A stretch of 64,000 bases of DNA from Ostreococcus lucimarinus. Lineage: Eukaryota. Both the position numbers and the translations under genes were made by a program. Shown piece after piece: positions 28,108-38,541 of this stretch (positions within the stretch are counted from its first letter, which is position 1; every line of letters starts with the position of its first letter). The stretch is taken from the NCBI GenBank assembly GCA_000092065.1, contig CP000593.1; one strand, given 5' to 3'. Below the pieces are notes generated by a model. That model worked only from the letters and a program-made list of their open reading frames with translations, was not told where the DNA came from and made no database searches.

Positions 28108-28770
28108 ATGCCGTCGCTCGGCGTCCCCGCGTGGCGCGTCGCCGTCAAGGCGGCGCTGAAAAAGAACGGCAAGAGCGCGTGCGCCAAGTTCGCGCAGTTG
28201 GCGACGGTGCGCGCGTCCACGGGCGCGCCCGCGGTGCGAACGGTGGTGTTTCGGGGATTCGGCGACGCTTTTCGGGACGACGACGACGACGACGCGCGCG
28301 ACGACGGCGACGAAGCGAACGCGCTGACGTTCTGCGCGGACGCGAGGTCGGAAAAGATCCGAGACATCGCGGGCGACGCCAGGGGCGAGATCGCGTGGTA
28401 CTTTCCGGAGACGCGGGAACAGTTTCGGGTGACGGGGACGCTGGCGTGCGCGACGAGCGAAACCGCGGCGAAAGACGCGAGGGGCGAGGCGCGGAGGCGG
28501 AATTTGTGGCGGAAAATGCGCCGGGGGGCGAGGGGACAGTTTATGTGGCCGGCGCCGGGGGAAACGCGGGCGGAGGTGGGCGAGGGGGGGCGAGATCCGC
28601 ACGACGTGGACGAGGACGACGCGCGCTTGGACGACGAGACGGTGGGCGAACACTTCGCGTTGGTGGCGCTGCGCGCCGATCGAATCGATCATCTGTCGCT
28701 GAGAAAGAACGAGCGGGTGATGCACGAGATCGTGGACGGGACGTGGACGTCGACGCGCGTGAACCCGTGA
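28108..28770 (+). CDS. Pyridoxamine 5'-phosphate oxidase-related FMN-binding protein (PNPOx-like, Alr4036-type)
   Basis: MPSLGVPAWRVAVKAALKKNGKSACAKFAQLATVRASTGAPAVRTVVFRGF matches the N-terminus of the PNPOx-like FMN-binding family. ATG is at 28108 and the track start upstream is non-ATG. Confidence 0.6.
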   Translation: MPSLGVPAWRVAVKAALKKNGKSACAKFAQLATVRASTGAPAVRTVVFRGFGDAFRDDDDDDARDDGDEANALTFCADARSEKIRDIAGDARGEIAWYFPETREQFRVTGTLACATSETAAKDARGEARRRNLWRKMRRGARGQFMWPAPGETRAEVGEGGRDPHDVDEDDARLDDETVGEHFALVALRADRIDHLSLRKNERVMHEIVDGTWTSTRVNP

Positions 28771-28886
28771 TTCTTTCATTTATTTCATTCATTCGAGACG
28801 CGACGCGTTTTCGATTGCTCGCGCGTAGTCGTGCGCGTAATCGTGCGTGTGACAAACAAACAAACTAAACGAACGAACGAACGAAC

Positions 28887-29264
28887 CTACGCCAAGCCCG
28901 CGAGAATGACGCCGAACACGAACGCGCGCTCGCCCATCGCGGAGTCGCACGCGGGCAATAATCTGTGCGCGCACGTCCAAAATCGTCGCTCCTGCTTATC
29001 CCACCACCCGTCGCGCATCGCGTTTTTCGCCGCCTTCGTCTTCATCGCCGCGACGCCGAAATCGTTCAGACTCTTCTGATACTCGATCGGCAGGTACGGT
29101 CGAACCAACCGTTCGTGCAGCATCGCGGGCGAAATCTTCACCGCGTGCATCCTGAACAAGAGCTGCGTCGTCCCCCAAAACAGCGCGAACGGCGCGAACA
29201 ACCTCTTGAGCGCGATTTTTATCCCGTAAAACGCCGCGAATCCGTACAGCGCGCTCGTCGCCAT
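28887..29264 (-). CDS. Small hydrophobic hypothetical protein (possible Gly-rich N-terminal extension up to 29690)
   Basis: C-terminal 126 aa MATSALYGFAAFYGIKIALKRLFAPFALFWGTTQLLF… carries predicted membrane segments. Upstream in frame is a poly-Gly region (GGAGGWFGGGGGWLGGGGGGGFGG). No family is recognised. Confidence 0.35.
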   Translation of the reverse strand: MATSALYGFAAFYGIKIALKRLFAPFALFWGTTQLLFRMHAVKISPAMLHERLVRPYLPIEYQKSLNDFGVAAMKTKAAKNAMRDGWWDKQERRFWTCAHRLLPACDSAMGERAFVFGVILAGLA

Positions 29265-29758
29265 GTCCCCGAGCTTCGTCGCGCGCCGTCCGCCGTCTCC
29301 GCGCCTTCGCGTCGTCGTCGTCGTCGCGTTCGCCTCCCGCGCGCCTCCCGCGCCCGTCGCCGTCGCCGCCGCGAGCGCGAACGCCGCGCGTCTCGCCCCG
29401 CGCGTCGCGTCGTCGCCGTCGCCGCCGAACCCACCGCCGCCACCACCGCCGAGCCACCCCCCACCACCGCCGAACCACCCGCCGGCGCCGCCGTCGTCCG
29501 TCGTCGTCGTCGCGCGCGTCGTCGCCGACGACTTTTCGATCCCATCGCGCGTCGTCGTTCGCGTCTCCGATCGCGTCGTCGACGCCGTCTCCGATCGCCG
29601 CGCGCGCGCGACGTCGCGACGATTCCCGCGCGCGTCCTCGCGCCGTCCGACGCCCGCGACGGCGACGCGCGGCGTCGCGAGACGGCGCATCGAATCGAGC
29701 GCGCGAATGAATGCGCGAATGAATCGACGCGCGTCGCACTCCGCCGCGCGTCGTCGCG

Positions 29759-30883
29759 ATGCCCGACGCCGCGTCGACGCGCGCCGCGCCGACGGCGTCG
29801 ACGGCGTCGTCGACGACGCTCGCGATCGGGTTCGAGGGCAGCGCGAACAAGATCTCCGTCGGCGTCGCGCGCGCGGACGGGACGATCCTGGCGAACCCGC
29901 GGGAGACGTACGTGACGCCGCCGGGCACGGGATTCCTGCCGCGAGAGACGGCGAAACACCACCGAGACGTCGTGGTCGAACTCGCGCGACGGGCGCTGGA
30001 GGAGGCGAAAGCGTCGATGCGAGACGTGGACGCGGTGTGCTTCACGCGAGGGCCGGGGATGGGGGCGCCGCTGACGACGGCGGCGGCGTGCGCGAGGACG
30101 CTGGCGCTGCTGTTCGATAAACCGCTGGTGGGGGTGAATCACTGCGTGGCACACATCGAGATGGGAAGGTTGGTCACGGGAGCGCGAGATCCGGTGGTGC
30201 TGTACGCGTCGGGAGGGAACACGCAGGTCATCGCGTACAACGAACGACGGTATCGAATCTTTGGCGAGACGATCGACATCGCGGTGGGGAACATGCTCGA
30301 TAGGTTCGCGCGCGTGTGCGGGCTGAGCAACGACCCGGCGCCGGGGTATAATATCGAACAAGAGGCGAAAAAGGGGACGAAATTCATCGAAGGACCGTAC
30401 GGGGTGAAGGGAATGGATGTGAATTTGAGCGGGATTTTGACGTTTTACGAGACGTACGCCAAGGAGCACTTGGGCGCGGGCGAGGTCACGGTGGCGGATT
30501 TGTGTATGTCCATGCAAGAGACGGTGTTTAGCATGCTCGTCGAGATCACCGAGCGCGCGATGGCGCACACGAATGCCAAGGATGTCCTGATCGTCGGCGG
30601 GGTCGGGTGCAACCTGCGCCTGCAGGAGATGATGGCCATCATGGCGAGCGAACGAGGAGGGAAGCTGTACGGCTTGGACGAAGACGGGCGAATGGACGAT
30701 CGATTTTGTATCGATAATGGCGCCATGATCGCCTACACAGGTTTGTTACAGTACGAAAACGGCGAGACGACACCTTTGGAGAAGACGTGGTGCACGCAAA
30801 GGTTCCGCACGGATGAAGTTTTAGTGACGTGGCGGTCCGAAGCCGTCAAGCGACCGGCGAGCTGCGAGCCGCCGACTGTGTGA
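29759..30883 (+). CDS. KAE1: tRNA N6-adenosine threonylcarbamoyltransferase Kae1/OSGEP (KEOPS catalytic subunit)
   Basis: [16 protein letters not shown]…, …[12 protein letters not shown]…, …[12 protein letters not shown]…, …[11 protein letters not shown]… are diagnostic Kae1/TsaD blocks. ATG is at 29759 and the stop TGA at 30881-30883. Confidence 0.9.
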   Translation: MPDAASTRAAPTASTASSTTLAIGFEGSANKISVGVARADGTILANPRETYVTPPGTGFLPRETAKHHRDVVVELARRALEEAKASMRDVDAVCFTRGPGMGAPLTTAAACARTLALLFDKPLVGVNHCVAHIEMGRLVTGARDPVVLYASGGNTQVIAYNERRYRIFGETIDIAVGNMLDRFARVCGLSNDPAPGYNIEQEAKKGTKFIEGPYGVKGMDVNLSGILTFYETYAKEHLGAGEVTVADLCMSMQETVFSMLVEITERAMAHTNAKDVLIVGGVGCNLRLQEMMAIMASERGGKLYGLDEDGRMDDRFCIDNGAMIAYTGLLQYENGETTPLEKTWCTQRFRTDEVLVTWRSEAVKRPASCEPPTV

Positions 30884-30937
30884 TGTAATTAATATTAGTC
30901 ATTAGCTTTTTTTGGTTCGCGATTTCATATTACGCTG

Positions 30938-32425
30938 CTACTGCGTGTGTTCTAATCGCGCTGTCGATGACTTTTCGATGATGGCTCCGCACGCGTCGCC
31001 GCGAGCGTAACGCACGGCGCCGGAGAAATTCGCCAGCGCGAAACCTTCTTCGCCTTTGTGGGCGTTGGAGACCAACGCGTGAAACGTCTCAACGTACCTG
31101 ACGAGCGAATACGCTCGTTCGGGCTTGGCGCGAGCGACGAGGGCCAAAAGGACGAGAAGTAAATCATCGGCGTTCATGGGATCGTCTTCGTCGCCACCCG
31201 CTTGACGGATGCGCGTGGAGACGTCCACGAGGCGCGTTGCCATGTGCGACGGACTCGACAAATCGCCAAGCGATGATAGTGAAGCGATAATATCTTCGTC
31301 GTCGACAACCTTCGCGTATCGTTCGACCTCCAGGCCGAGCGCATCGATGGGTAACGACGCCAACTGCTCGAGTCGAATCGCGGTGAATTCGTCTTCGCGC
31401 GCAAACTTCGGATGAATGCCAACTTTGAAAAGTTTGCGCTGCACGCCACCCGTCACGTAGCCTTCTACGACTCTCAACAACGAGTCGCGATGTTTCGGCG
31501 TCGTCGAACAGCTCTCGAGCCGACCACCGACGTTCACCAACGTCTTCAAAAATACCTCACACATGTCCTTCGCGCGACGGCGCCAATACTCTAACAAATC
31601 ATCCCCGTCGAACATCTCGCCGTCGGCGTCGCGCACGCGCGTCTTCACCACCCACGCCTCTAAACGCTCATCCATAGCTGCACATACCACCTTGGCTTCG
31701 GCTAACGAACGCACTGCTCGACGACAATCGTCCGCGGTGACGAAGGCGTTCGGCGCTCCCCACAATCGTTGCGATTCTGCGGCGATTTCATCCATCACGC
31801 CCTCTCCGACAGTCATCACCTTTTTTCCCGGGAAAACATCCGGTAAATCGCGCGCCACGAATCGCGAGCTCACCTCTTCATCGCTCGACGACGACGACGA
31901 TCGCACGATCTCATCTTCGTCGTCTCCAAAGAAATATCCCCCCCCGCCGCTCCCCGAGCTTCGTCTTCGATTTCCAAACGACGACGACGTCCTTCGAAGT
32001 CTCTCGCTCGACGCCGGCGTCGCCGTCTTCCTCAGCACCACTTCCATCTCTTGTTCCATTCCTAAATCTATGTTTTCGATCGCGCGCGCGCCCGTGGGCG
32101 TCCCTCCTCGGCCTCGTCTCGCGTCCGCCCACTCGTCGTCGTCCTCGGCGAGGAGCGACCGCCAGAGTTCGGAGAACCATCCGCGCACCGTCGCCGGTGG
32201 CGCCGTTCGTCGCGCCGGCGTCGTCGCGCTCGACGACCGCATCAACGGCGACGACTCGCCGCGACGCGCGGGCGTATTCGCGTCGTCCTTCGACGTCGAC
32301 GCGTCGTCGACGACGCGACGGCGATTGGCGTAATCTTCATCTAAAAACAGCGACGCGAGCTCGTCTATGACGTCGGATGACGGCCGACGACGCGCATCGT
32401 CTTCGTTCGCGTCGTCTGATGTCAT
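30938..32425 (-). CDS. VPS9-domain protein (Rab5-family GEF-like)
   Basis: …PMNADDLLLVLLALVARAKPERAYSLVRYVETF… matches the VPS9 catalytic core (DDxLPxLiYVviKAnp..L.SnlqyI..F). ATG reverse complement is at 32423-32425. Confidence 0.6.
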   Translation of the reverse strand: MTSDDANEDDARRRPSSDVIDELASLFLDEDYANRRRVVDDASTSKDDANTPARRGESSPLMRSSSATTPARRTAPPATVRGWFSELWRSLLAEDDDEWADARRGRGGTPTGARAIENIDLGMEQEMEVVLRKTATPASSERLRRTSSSFGNRRRSSGSGGGGYFFGDDEDEIVRSSSSSSDEEVSSRFVARDLPDVFPGKKVMTVGEGVMDEIAAESQRLWGAPNAFVTADDCRRAVRSLAEAKVVCAAMDERLEAWVVKTRVRDADGEMFDGDDLLEYWRRRAKDMCEVFLKTLVNVGGRLESCSTTPKHRDSLLRVVEGYVTGGVQRKLFKVGIHPKFAREDEFTAIRLEQLASLPIDALGLEVERYAKVVDDEDIIASLSSLGDLSSPSHMATRLVDVSTRIRQAGGDEDDPMNADDLLLVLLALVARAKPERAYSLVRYVETFHALVSNAHKGEEGFALANFSGAVRYARGDACGAIIEKSSTARLEHTQ

Positions 32426-32717
32426 CGTGTCGACGAACGACGGCGCTCGCGCGCCATGCGCGGCGACGATTGACGCCCCATTCGCGAGCGCGCGGGGCCG
32501 AAACGGCGCTCGCTTCCGGCTCGACGCGAGTGAAATAATACGTCGATCGCTTATTACAACATCATTTGACGAATATAATGCAAAACAACACTCGACGACG
32601 GCGCTCGCATCACCTCGCGGTGCCGCGCGCGCCGTCTACGAGGGCGACGTCTTGAGAAAGCCATCGGCGTCGCGTCGTCAAAACATTCGACTTTGCGAAC
32701 GCTCACCATTGGAGCGC

Positions 32718-33020
32718 TTACGCGACGACGGCGGTGATGGCGTGGATGGTGGCGTTGTCAACCTTGATGTCGTTCTTCTTGTAGTTGAACGTGGACGTGG
32801 CGACAGTCTTACCCGACACCATGGTGACCTCCGCCGGCATGTTCGCCGCGGTGAACGCGCCCTTGGCGACGTGGTTCAAGACGACGTCCTTGAGGCCGTC
32901 GTAGGTCATGATTTCAACCTTGGACAAGCCTTGCGCCTTGCAGAAATCGGCGAACGCGTCATCGTTCGGCGCGAACACGGTGATCGGGCCCTCGCACGTG
33001 AATTCAGCCTCAACGCCGGA
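32718..33020 (-). CDS. Fasciclin (FAS1)-domain protein, exon 3 (…GPITVFAPNDDAFADF…DVVLNHV…NATIHAITAVVA*)
   Basis: H1 (TVFAPNDDAF) and H2 (ATIHAITAV) FAS1 motifs are present. An AG acceptor lies at plus 33021-33022 (tcgtag|TCC), an in-frame stop is just upstream, and the stop is at 32718-32720. Confidence 0.6.
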   Translation of the reverse strand, partial: SGVEAEFTCEGPITVFAPNDDAFADFCKAQGLSKVEIMTYDGLKDVVLNHVAKGAFTAANMPAEVTMVSGKTVATSTFNYKKNDIKVDNATIHAITAVVA

Positions 33021-33325
33021 CTACGATTCGTCAACGCGCTCAGTCAGTCACGGGCGTCATCATCGCGTCTTCTTTTCCGGGTGTTTCGCCACGCCCCGAC
33101 AGCGCCACCGCATCGCGCGCGCGCCCCCGTCTCGCGCCCGCGCGACGGTGCCGCCGTCCCGCGCGCGCGCTCCAATCGACGCGAAATAATTTTCCCATTC
33201 GTTCGCGCGCTCGCGCGCTCGCTCGCGCGCCCGCGCGCGCGCGCGACGACCCCTCATGCGATGCCGCGCGCGTCGATCGCTTATCCACACGCGGTCGCGC
33301 GCGCGCGGGTTTTCCGTCGACGCAC

Positions 33326-33403
33326 CTTGGTGATCGCGGCGCCGAAGAGGGAGTACGACGCAGCCTTGGCGATCATACCGAACGCATCGTTGTTGTACGC
33401 GCG
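33326..33403 (-). CDS. Fasciclin (FAS1)-domain protein, proposed exon 2 (RAYNNDAFGMIAKAASYSLFGAAITK)
   Basis: An AG acceptor (plus 33404-33405) and a GTGCGT donor (plus 33324-33325) are in phase 0. The sequence fits the N-terminal part of a FAS1 domain. Confidence 0.45.
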
Positions 33404-33523
33404 CTGTGCGATTCGGATCGATCCACCGTCGTCAGTCGCGCGCGCTTCGCGTCGTCGTCGGCGTCATCGTCGCGGTAATCATCATCATCGCGCGTCGCGT
33501 CGTCGTCGTCGTCGTGGACGCAC

Positions 33524-33640
33524 CGCGCCTTCTTCGCCACCCTTGGAGTTACGGCGAACGATGGAGTTACCGCGCTTGGCGACGGTGTGCTTGGTCGTGG
33601 CGACGGCCTTGGCGGAGACGGTGAACTTTTGGGCGAGCAT
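33524..33640 (-). CDS. Fasciclin (FAS1)-domain protein, proposed exon 1 (MLAQKFTVSAKAVATTKHTVAKRGNSIVRRNSKGGEEGA)
   Basis: ATG at minus 33640. The exon ends at a GTGCGT donor (plus 33522-33523 = ac). This assignment is less certain than those for exons 2 and 3. Confidence 0.35.
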
Positions 33641-34170
33641 GGCGAATGTGTGCGTGAAAGAGTGCGGGGCGACGCGCGCGCGCGACGGCGCGGACGACGT
33701 GCGATCGCGCGTCCGATCGCGTCCGATCGTCGCATTGGAGATGCTTTCAGACCCATGTGTGCGCGCGCGAGTGGTGAAAAAATACCGCCCACCGAATCCG
33801 ACGTCGTGGCGCACTGAATGCGCATACGCGTGTGGGTATCGCCGAATGTCCGAACGACGCGTCGCGCCCGCGCGCGCGAATGCGCCGAAAGCGCCGCGCG
33901 CGGCAGAGCGCGCGCGACGACGGACGCGCGCGCTTCCGAGACGAGAGCGCGCGCGCGTCGAATAACGCGTTGAGAGGTTCGCGCGCGGAGGCGGGTCGCG
34001 CCCGCGCGGGCCGCGTCGAGCGACGCGCGCGGGACGCGGACGGATTTCGATTCGTTCGATTGCGATTCGTCGCGATTGCGTTTGGTCGGCGAATCGCGCG
34101 CGCGCGCGGGCGAATCGCGATCGAGCGCGGGACGCGCGCGCGGTGACGAAGGCGCGATCGCGCGGACGTC

Positions 34171-36762
34171 ATGGTGGCGATCGGGACGTCGAACAGCCGA
34201 GCGGGGGATAGCGAGGAGGCGCGCGTGCGCAAGCTCGTGCGGGACAGAAAGACCGCGAGCGCGGAGACGCGAAAGGCGAAGTCTCGAGGTCGAGGACGAT
34301 TGACGACGTCGCTGGCGTCGTTCAAGGAGTCCAGCGCGCGGGAAAACGATGGAGAGGGAGATGAGGATGAACAAAGCGGGTACGGGATTCTTTCGATTGA
34401 TAAGTTGATTTCGCTGTCGCCGACCGAGGCGGTGAAGCGGCTGGTGGCTTTCGGCGAGGATTTGAGGGGAAATTTCGTGGGATTGGCGGAACGCGCGGGG
34501 AGCGCGCGAGAGTGGGCGCGACAGGCGTGGCGCGATGGCGAGTTGTATCATCAATCGCTGGTGCAGATAGTGATACGTTTGGAGCATAAGCGGCTGTTGG
34601 ACGAGCGCAGGTTCGCCGCGCTCGATCAAGTTTACGCGCAGACGAGCAAGAATCCAGACGAAGCCGAGCTGAATGCCGCGATTGGCAAGTTTGATTCGAT
34701 CGTGCGGCGCTTCACGAGCGATCGCGAACACATCGACAATTTGTATCGGACAAAAGATGCGGCGGCGGAGGCTGCGAAGCGGGCGTACACGAAAGAGATG
34801 GAAAGCGCGATGAATGCGACGTCGCCGTCCGGCGAGTCGAATACGCCGAGGGATCGCCTCGGAGACGCGTACGGAGACGAGGACGACGATGTGTCCGAGG
34901 ATTTCACGGACGATGCAGAGAAGTCGCAAAACTCCGATGACGTCAGGTACGACGAGTTGGCGGAAGAGTTGAAGAACTCGCCCCTTTTACAAACGGCGAG
35001 CGGCAAGGTGGCGCGGTCCAAACTCACACACGCCGCGTCCGTGGACGATGGCCCTGCGTCGTCGTCGCGACAGCGCGATGATGCGCTCGCCGCAGCCGTC
35101 GAATCGGACGACACGATGACGCAAGTAGGGCGGAACTTGAGCGAAATTGCGAAAACAATGCTGAGCGAAGAAGAACCGTCAAAAGGGGAAGTTTCTAGAC
35201 GTCCAAACCTCGCGCCGATGCTCGGCAAGAGTTTGAGCTTCTACTCCTCAACGTCGGTCAACGATGACAACGACGCGCGTAACGTGCTCAGTTCGTTTGG
35301 ACGTACGGTGAACGAACTGTCAGATAAGGAGTTGCGTTCGACCATCGTTCGACTGGTGCGAAGTTCGATTTGGAACGCGTTTGAAAACGTCACCTCTTCG
35401 CCCTTTGCGTACTGGCTCGCCGTGTTTTACATCACGCTCATCTTTGCATCGTCGCTTTCGTTTTGCATTGAGACGTTGCCGGAATACAAAAATGGCAAGT
35501 CCAAGAACGTGTTCTACGGTATCGAGTTATTCTCAGTCATCATGTTTACGATTGAGTACGTCTTGCGGTCGCTGTGTTGTCCAAACTATCGAAAGTTTGT
35601 CAGGCAACCTCTGAACGTGGTTGATTTGTGCGCCATTCTTCCGTTTTATCTCGAAGCTATTTTTCCGCTTTCGGTATCCAGTCTTCAGATTATTCGTACG
35701 ATTCGTTTGGTGAGAGTGCTGCGAATCGTCCGGCTTGGGGTGAAATTCGGACGCTTATCCATCATCGGATCGTCGATCAGGGAATGCATCGACATGCTGT
35801 TGGTTTCGCTCGCCATCGGTTCAGTGTGCACGGTGATTTTTTCGACGCTCATCTACTATGCTGAACACGGCGATTACGTGGCGAGCTTGGACATTTACGC
35901 GCGGAGAACGGACGTTTATTGTGAAGGACTGAGCCAGAGCGTCACATCTATCTATCAAAGCGACGGTACGCTTGTGAGTGGATGCACGCACGTGGAGAGC
36001 CCGTACAAGAGCATCCCCGCGAGCTTCTGGTGGTGCATGGTGACATTGATGACAGTCGGCTATGGCGACCACGTGCCGGCGACAGGTTGGGGTAAACTTG
36101 TGGCGTGTCTCACAATGGTGACGTCGGTATTATTATTAGCCTTGCCGATTTCAGTCATCGGCACAGAGTTCACTCGTCAGTGGCTCAATTATAAAGTCGA
36201 CTCCGAGTTCGAAAGGGATAAAAAAACCGTCACGCCGAGGTGTTACAGATTGTTCAAAGCGTTAAAGGAGCAAACCCGCAACGCACAAGACGCGCAACAG
36301 GACTTGCGTCAAAGAGCTTTAGATTTGGACGATCGAGTGCAGACTATAAAGGCGCTCGTGTCTCGTAGAAACGCTGAGACCGCCTTTCTTCATAGAAAAA
36401 TTGCCGGTCGTTCGACGTTTTCGACGTCGGGCATGGAAAAAGTGCAAGGGGCGCTCGACATGGATGACTTGGATAGCGAGATGCATCAAATGTTCATGAG
36501 CCACAGAGATTACAGAGCGACCGCGCGCGAAGTAAAAACTATTTGGAGTGGGCATAAGCTCCTAAAGTTTACCGAGTTCCTGATCTCCGCTGAGCACGTT
36601 TTGGACGGGTTGTGCAATGACGATTACGACATGGTGACCCAGGAGTTGGACTCGTTATTCTTTGACGTGTGGCGCGCGCGTGCAAAGTTGGCGGCGACGT
36701 TCGGAAATGAACGACGAGGGACTGCCGCTCCGGCGAGTGTCGCGACTGAGGGCGGCGCGTGA
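34171..36762 (+). CDS. Voltage-gated K+ channel (Shaker-like 6-TM Kv) with long N-terminal cytoplasmic region
   Basis: S4 voltage sensor with Arg at every third position (IIRTIRLVRVLRIVRLGVKFGRL) and the pore/selectivity filter MTVGYGD. ATG is at 34171. Confidence 0.8.
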   Translation: MVAIGTSNSRAGDSEEARVRKLVRDRKTASAETRKAKSRGRGRLTTSLASFKESSARENDGEGDEDEQSGYGILSIDKLISLSPTEAVKRLVAFGEDLRGNFVGLAERAGSAREWARQAWRDGELYHQSLVQIVIRLEHKRLLDERRFAALDQVYAQTSKNPDEAELNAAIGKFDSIVRRFTSDREHIDNLYRTKDAAAEAAKRAYTKEMESAMNATSPSGESNTPRDRLGDAYGDEDDDVSEDFTDDAEKSQNSDDVRYDELAEELKNSPLLQTASGKVARSKLTHAASVDDGPASSSRQRDDALAAAVESDDTMTQVGRNLSEIAKTMLSEEEPSKGEVSRRPNLAPMLGKSLSFYSSTSVNDDNDARNVLSSFGRTVNELSDKELRSTIVRLVRSSIWNAFENVTSSPFAYWLAVFYITLIFASSLSFCIETLPEYKNGKSKNVFYGIELFSVIMFTIEYVLRSLCCPNYRKFVRQPLNVVDLCAILPFYLEAIFPLSVSSLQIIRTIRLVRVLRIVRLGVKFGRLSIIGSSIRECIDMLLVSLAIGSVCTVIFSTLIYYAEHGDYVASLDIYARRTDVYCEGLSQSVTSIYQSDGTLVSGCTHVESPYKSIPASFWWCMVTLMTVGYGDHVPATGWGKLVACLTMVTSVLLLALPISVIGTEFTRQWLNYKVDSEFERDKKTVTPRCYRLFKALKEQTRNAQDAQQDLRQRALDLDDRVQTIKALVSRRNAETAFLHRKIAGRSTFSTSGMEKVQGALDMDDLDSEMHQMFMSHRDYRATAREVKTIWSGHKLLKFTEFLISAEHVLDGLCNDDYDMVTQELDSLFFDVWRARAKLAATFGNERRGTAAPASVATEGGA

Positions 36763-36816
36763 GGAGATAAGTACCGTAGTATTAATTAATATCAACGCAA
36801 CAACGCGACTTTGCTT

Positions 36817-38541
36817 TCACAGCGCGTACAAGGCGATGCGCGTCGGTCCTTCACCCGACGGGTTTTTGACGCGATACTCGAGCGACACGTCGTAAGCACG
36901 CGGTCTGGACTTTGATTTAACCATAGATATTCTTCCCACGATGGAGTCCGTCGCTTGATCGCCCAACGTGATCGGTTCGCGGAAGTGAAGCATCGTTTGC
37001 ACCCAGTGCGTCTTTTTCGCCTCCGGGCTCGTCGACAACATCACGGCGAGGTCGGCGCAAAATCTCTTTGAAAACTCAGTGTCAAACCACAACACGATGC
37101 CGTGAGTTTCTTCCCCTATACGACCGTCTTTCGCCGACAACGAAAATTCCGTGGTGAACTCTGTGTCGGCGATGGAACACGTGGCGAGGTCGAGCTCGCA
37201 CACTTGCGAACCGGACGTCGTCAAGCGCGCGCCGTCTACGTGCGTCACCACCGCCGTCTTCATCGCGCCCTGAAACAGCTGCTTCTTGATTTCTGGCATC
37301 TCGAACCCGTACACGTCCTCCCAAAACGGGAAGTCAGTAGCCTTGCGATCGAAACCAGCGATATGAATCGTGGCTATGTCGGGCAACACCGCGCCCCCGG
37401 GCTTTAAAAAGCGATTCCTCGCCACGAGGACGGTGTCGAGCATTGACTCGAAAAGCAAACCGTAGCCCATCCATTCGGAAACCAACACATCAAACGGTGC
37501 ACCTGGAATATCACCTTCTATATCTTCCAATTTCCCGTAAACTATTTGAATGCGATCGCTAAATCCATTGTGCTTCACGTTTGCCTTGGCGACTTCGGCG
37601 ATGTGCTTGGCGCCGTCGACTCCGACGACGGCGCTCGCGCCCCCTCTGGCGGCAAACATGCTTAAAATCCCCGTCCCACACCCAATATCGAGAACACGTT
37701 TCCCTTGGATGAGCGTCGGGTTCTTTTCGAGCGCGTCTCTGTACGCATCCGTGCGCGCGGTGTCCCCGATCATGTCGCGATGAATGTCAAAGTAGGAGTA
37801 CGAGTCAAAGTACCCGTCGTCGACCTCTTGCTTCAGTCTCTCCTCCGCCGTCGTCGGCGCGCGTCGTCGACTCGTCGCCGGCATCGACACCATCGATTCA
37901 GCGGCGCTCTTCTTCACCGCCGCCGACGTCCCTCGACCGAGCGTCTCCGTTCCCTCGGCGACGACTGGCGAAAACGCCTCCGCCACGCTCGCCTCGTCCA
38001 CCATCCCCGCCGCCGTCATCACCTCACACAATCGCACCCTCAGCGCCTCGTTCTCGACTCGCAACTTTCGCGCCATTTCCTCCTTCGACGGCGTTCCGTC
38101 CTCGTCTTCCCCGTCCTCGTTCTCTTCCTCTTCCTCTTCCTCTTCCTCTCGTCCCTCCACGTACGCCTCCCATCCGAAGAGCGCCCCGTCGTCCTCCAGC
38201 GTCGGCTTCAGGTACGCGTCGTCGTCCCACGCCCGCGCCTTCGCCCCCGCTCGAATCGCCTCAACCATCGCTTCCTTCGTCATCGTCCCTCGCTTTTTCT
38301 CCGCCTCCGCGCGCACGTAATTCAACCACTTCACGACGTCGTAGTGCGCCTCCTCGCACCCGCGTCCCCGCGCGACGTCTCGCGCGTCCAGCCCGTGCGC
38401 GTCCCGCGCTCGCCGCAGCGCCGCCGTCGCGCTCGCGTGCGCGACGTCGGCGTCGATCAGGTCGCGCACCGCGTCCTCGAGCGCGTCGTCCTCGCCGTCG
38501 TCGTACGCGTCGGCGTCGTCGTCGTCGCTCGAGCGCGACAT
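36817..38541 (-). CDS. Protein arginine N-methyltransferase (class I SAM-dependent PRMT)
   Basis: VLDIGCGTGILSMFAARGGASAVVGVDGAKHIAEVAKANVKHNGFSDRIQIVYGKLEDI is motif I/post-I of PRMTs. …VSEWMGYGLLFESMLDTVL… is the double-E/THW region. The start is taken at Met 38541 (MSRSSDDDD…) because the track ORF extends to 39471 through R-rich junk. Confidence 0.8.
   Translation of the reverse strand: MSRSSDDDDADAYDDGEDDALEDAVRDLIDADVAHASATAALRRARDAHGLDARDVARGRGCEEAHYDVVKWLNYVRAEAEKKRGTMTKEAMVEAIRAGAKARAWDDDAYLKPTLEDDGALFGWEAYVEGREEEEEEEEENEDGEDEDGTPSKEEMARKLRVENEALRVRLCEVMTAAGMVDEASVAEAFSPVVAEGTETLGRGTSAAVKKSAAESMVSMPATSRRRAPTTAEERLKQEVDDGYFDSYSYFDIHRDMIGDTARTDAYRDALEKNPTLIQGKRVLDIGCGTGILSMFAARGGASAVVGVDGAKHIAEVAKANVKHNGFSDRIQIVYGKLEDIEGDIPGAPFDVLVSEWMGYGLLFESMLDTVLVARNRFLKPGGAVLPDIATIHIAGFDRKATDFPFWEDVYGFEMPEIKKQLFQGAMKTAVVTHVDGARLTTSGSQVCELDLATCSIADTEFTTEFSLSAKDGRIGEETHGIVLWFDTEFSKRFCADLAVMLSTSPEAKKTHWVQTMLHFREPITLGDQATDSIVGRISMVKSKSRPRAYDVSLEYRVKNPSGEGPTRIALYAL

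Noticed and set aside
28790-28885. (CGAA)4 and (CAAA)3 microsatellites between convergent gene ends
   Set aside because: They are real but short and low-information, and lie in a 3' intergenic spacer. They were not elevated to a finding.
33373-34929. 518-aa minus-strand ORF spanning the fasciclin promoter and the 5' part of the K+ channel
   Set aside because: It is R/A/S-rich low complexity and runs antisense to a well-supported channel gene and across an intergenic region, so it is a chance ORF.
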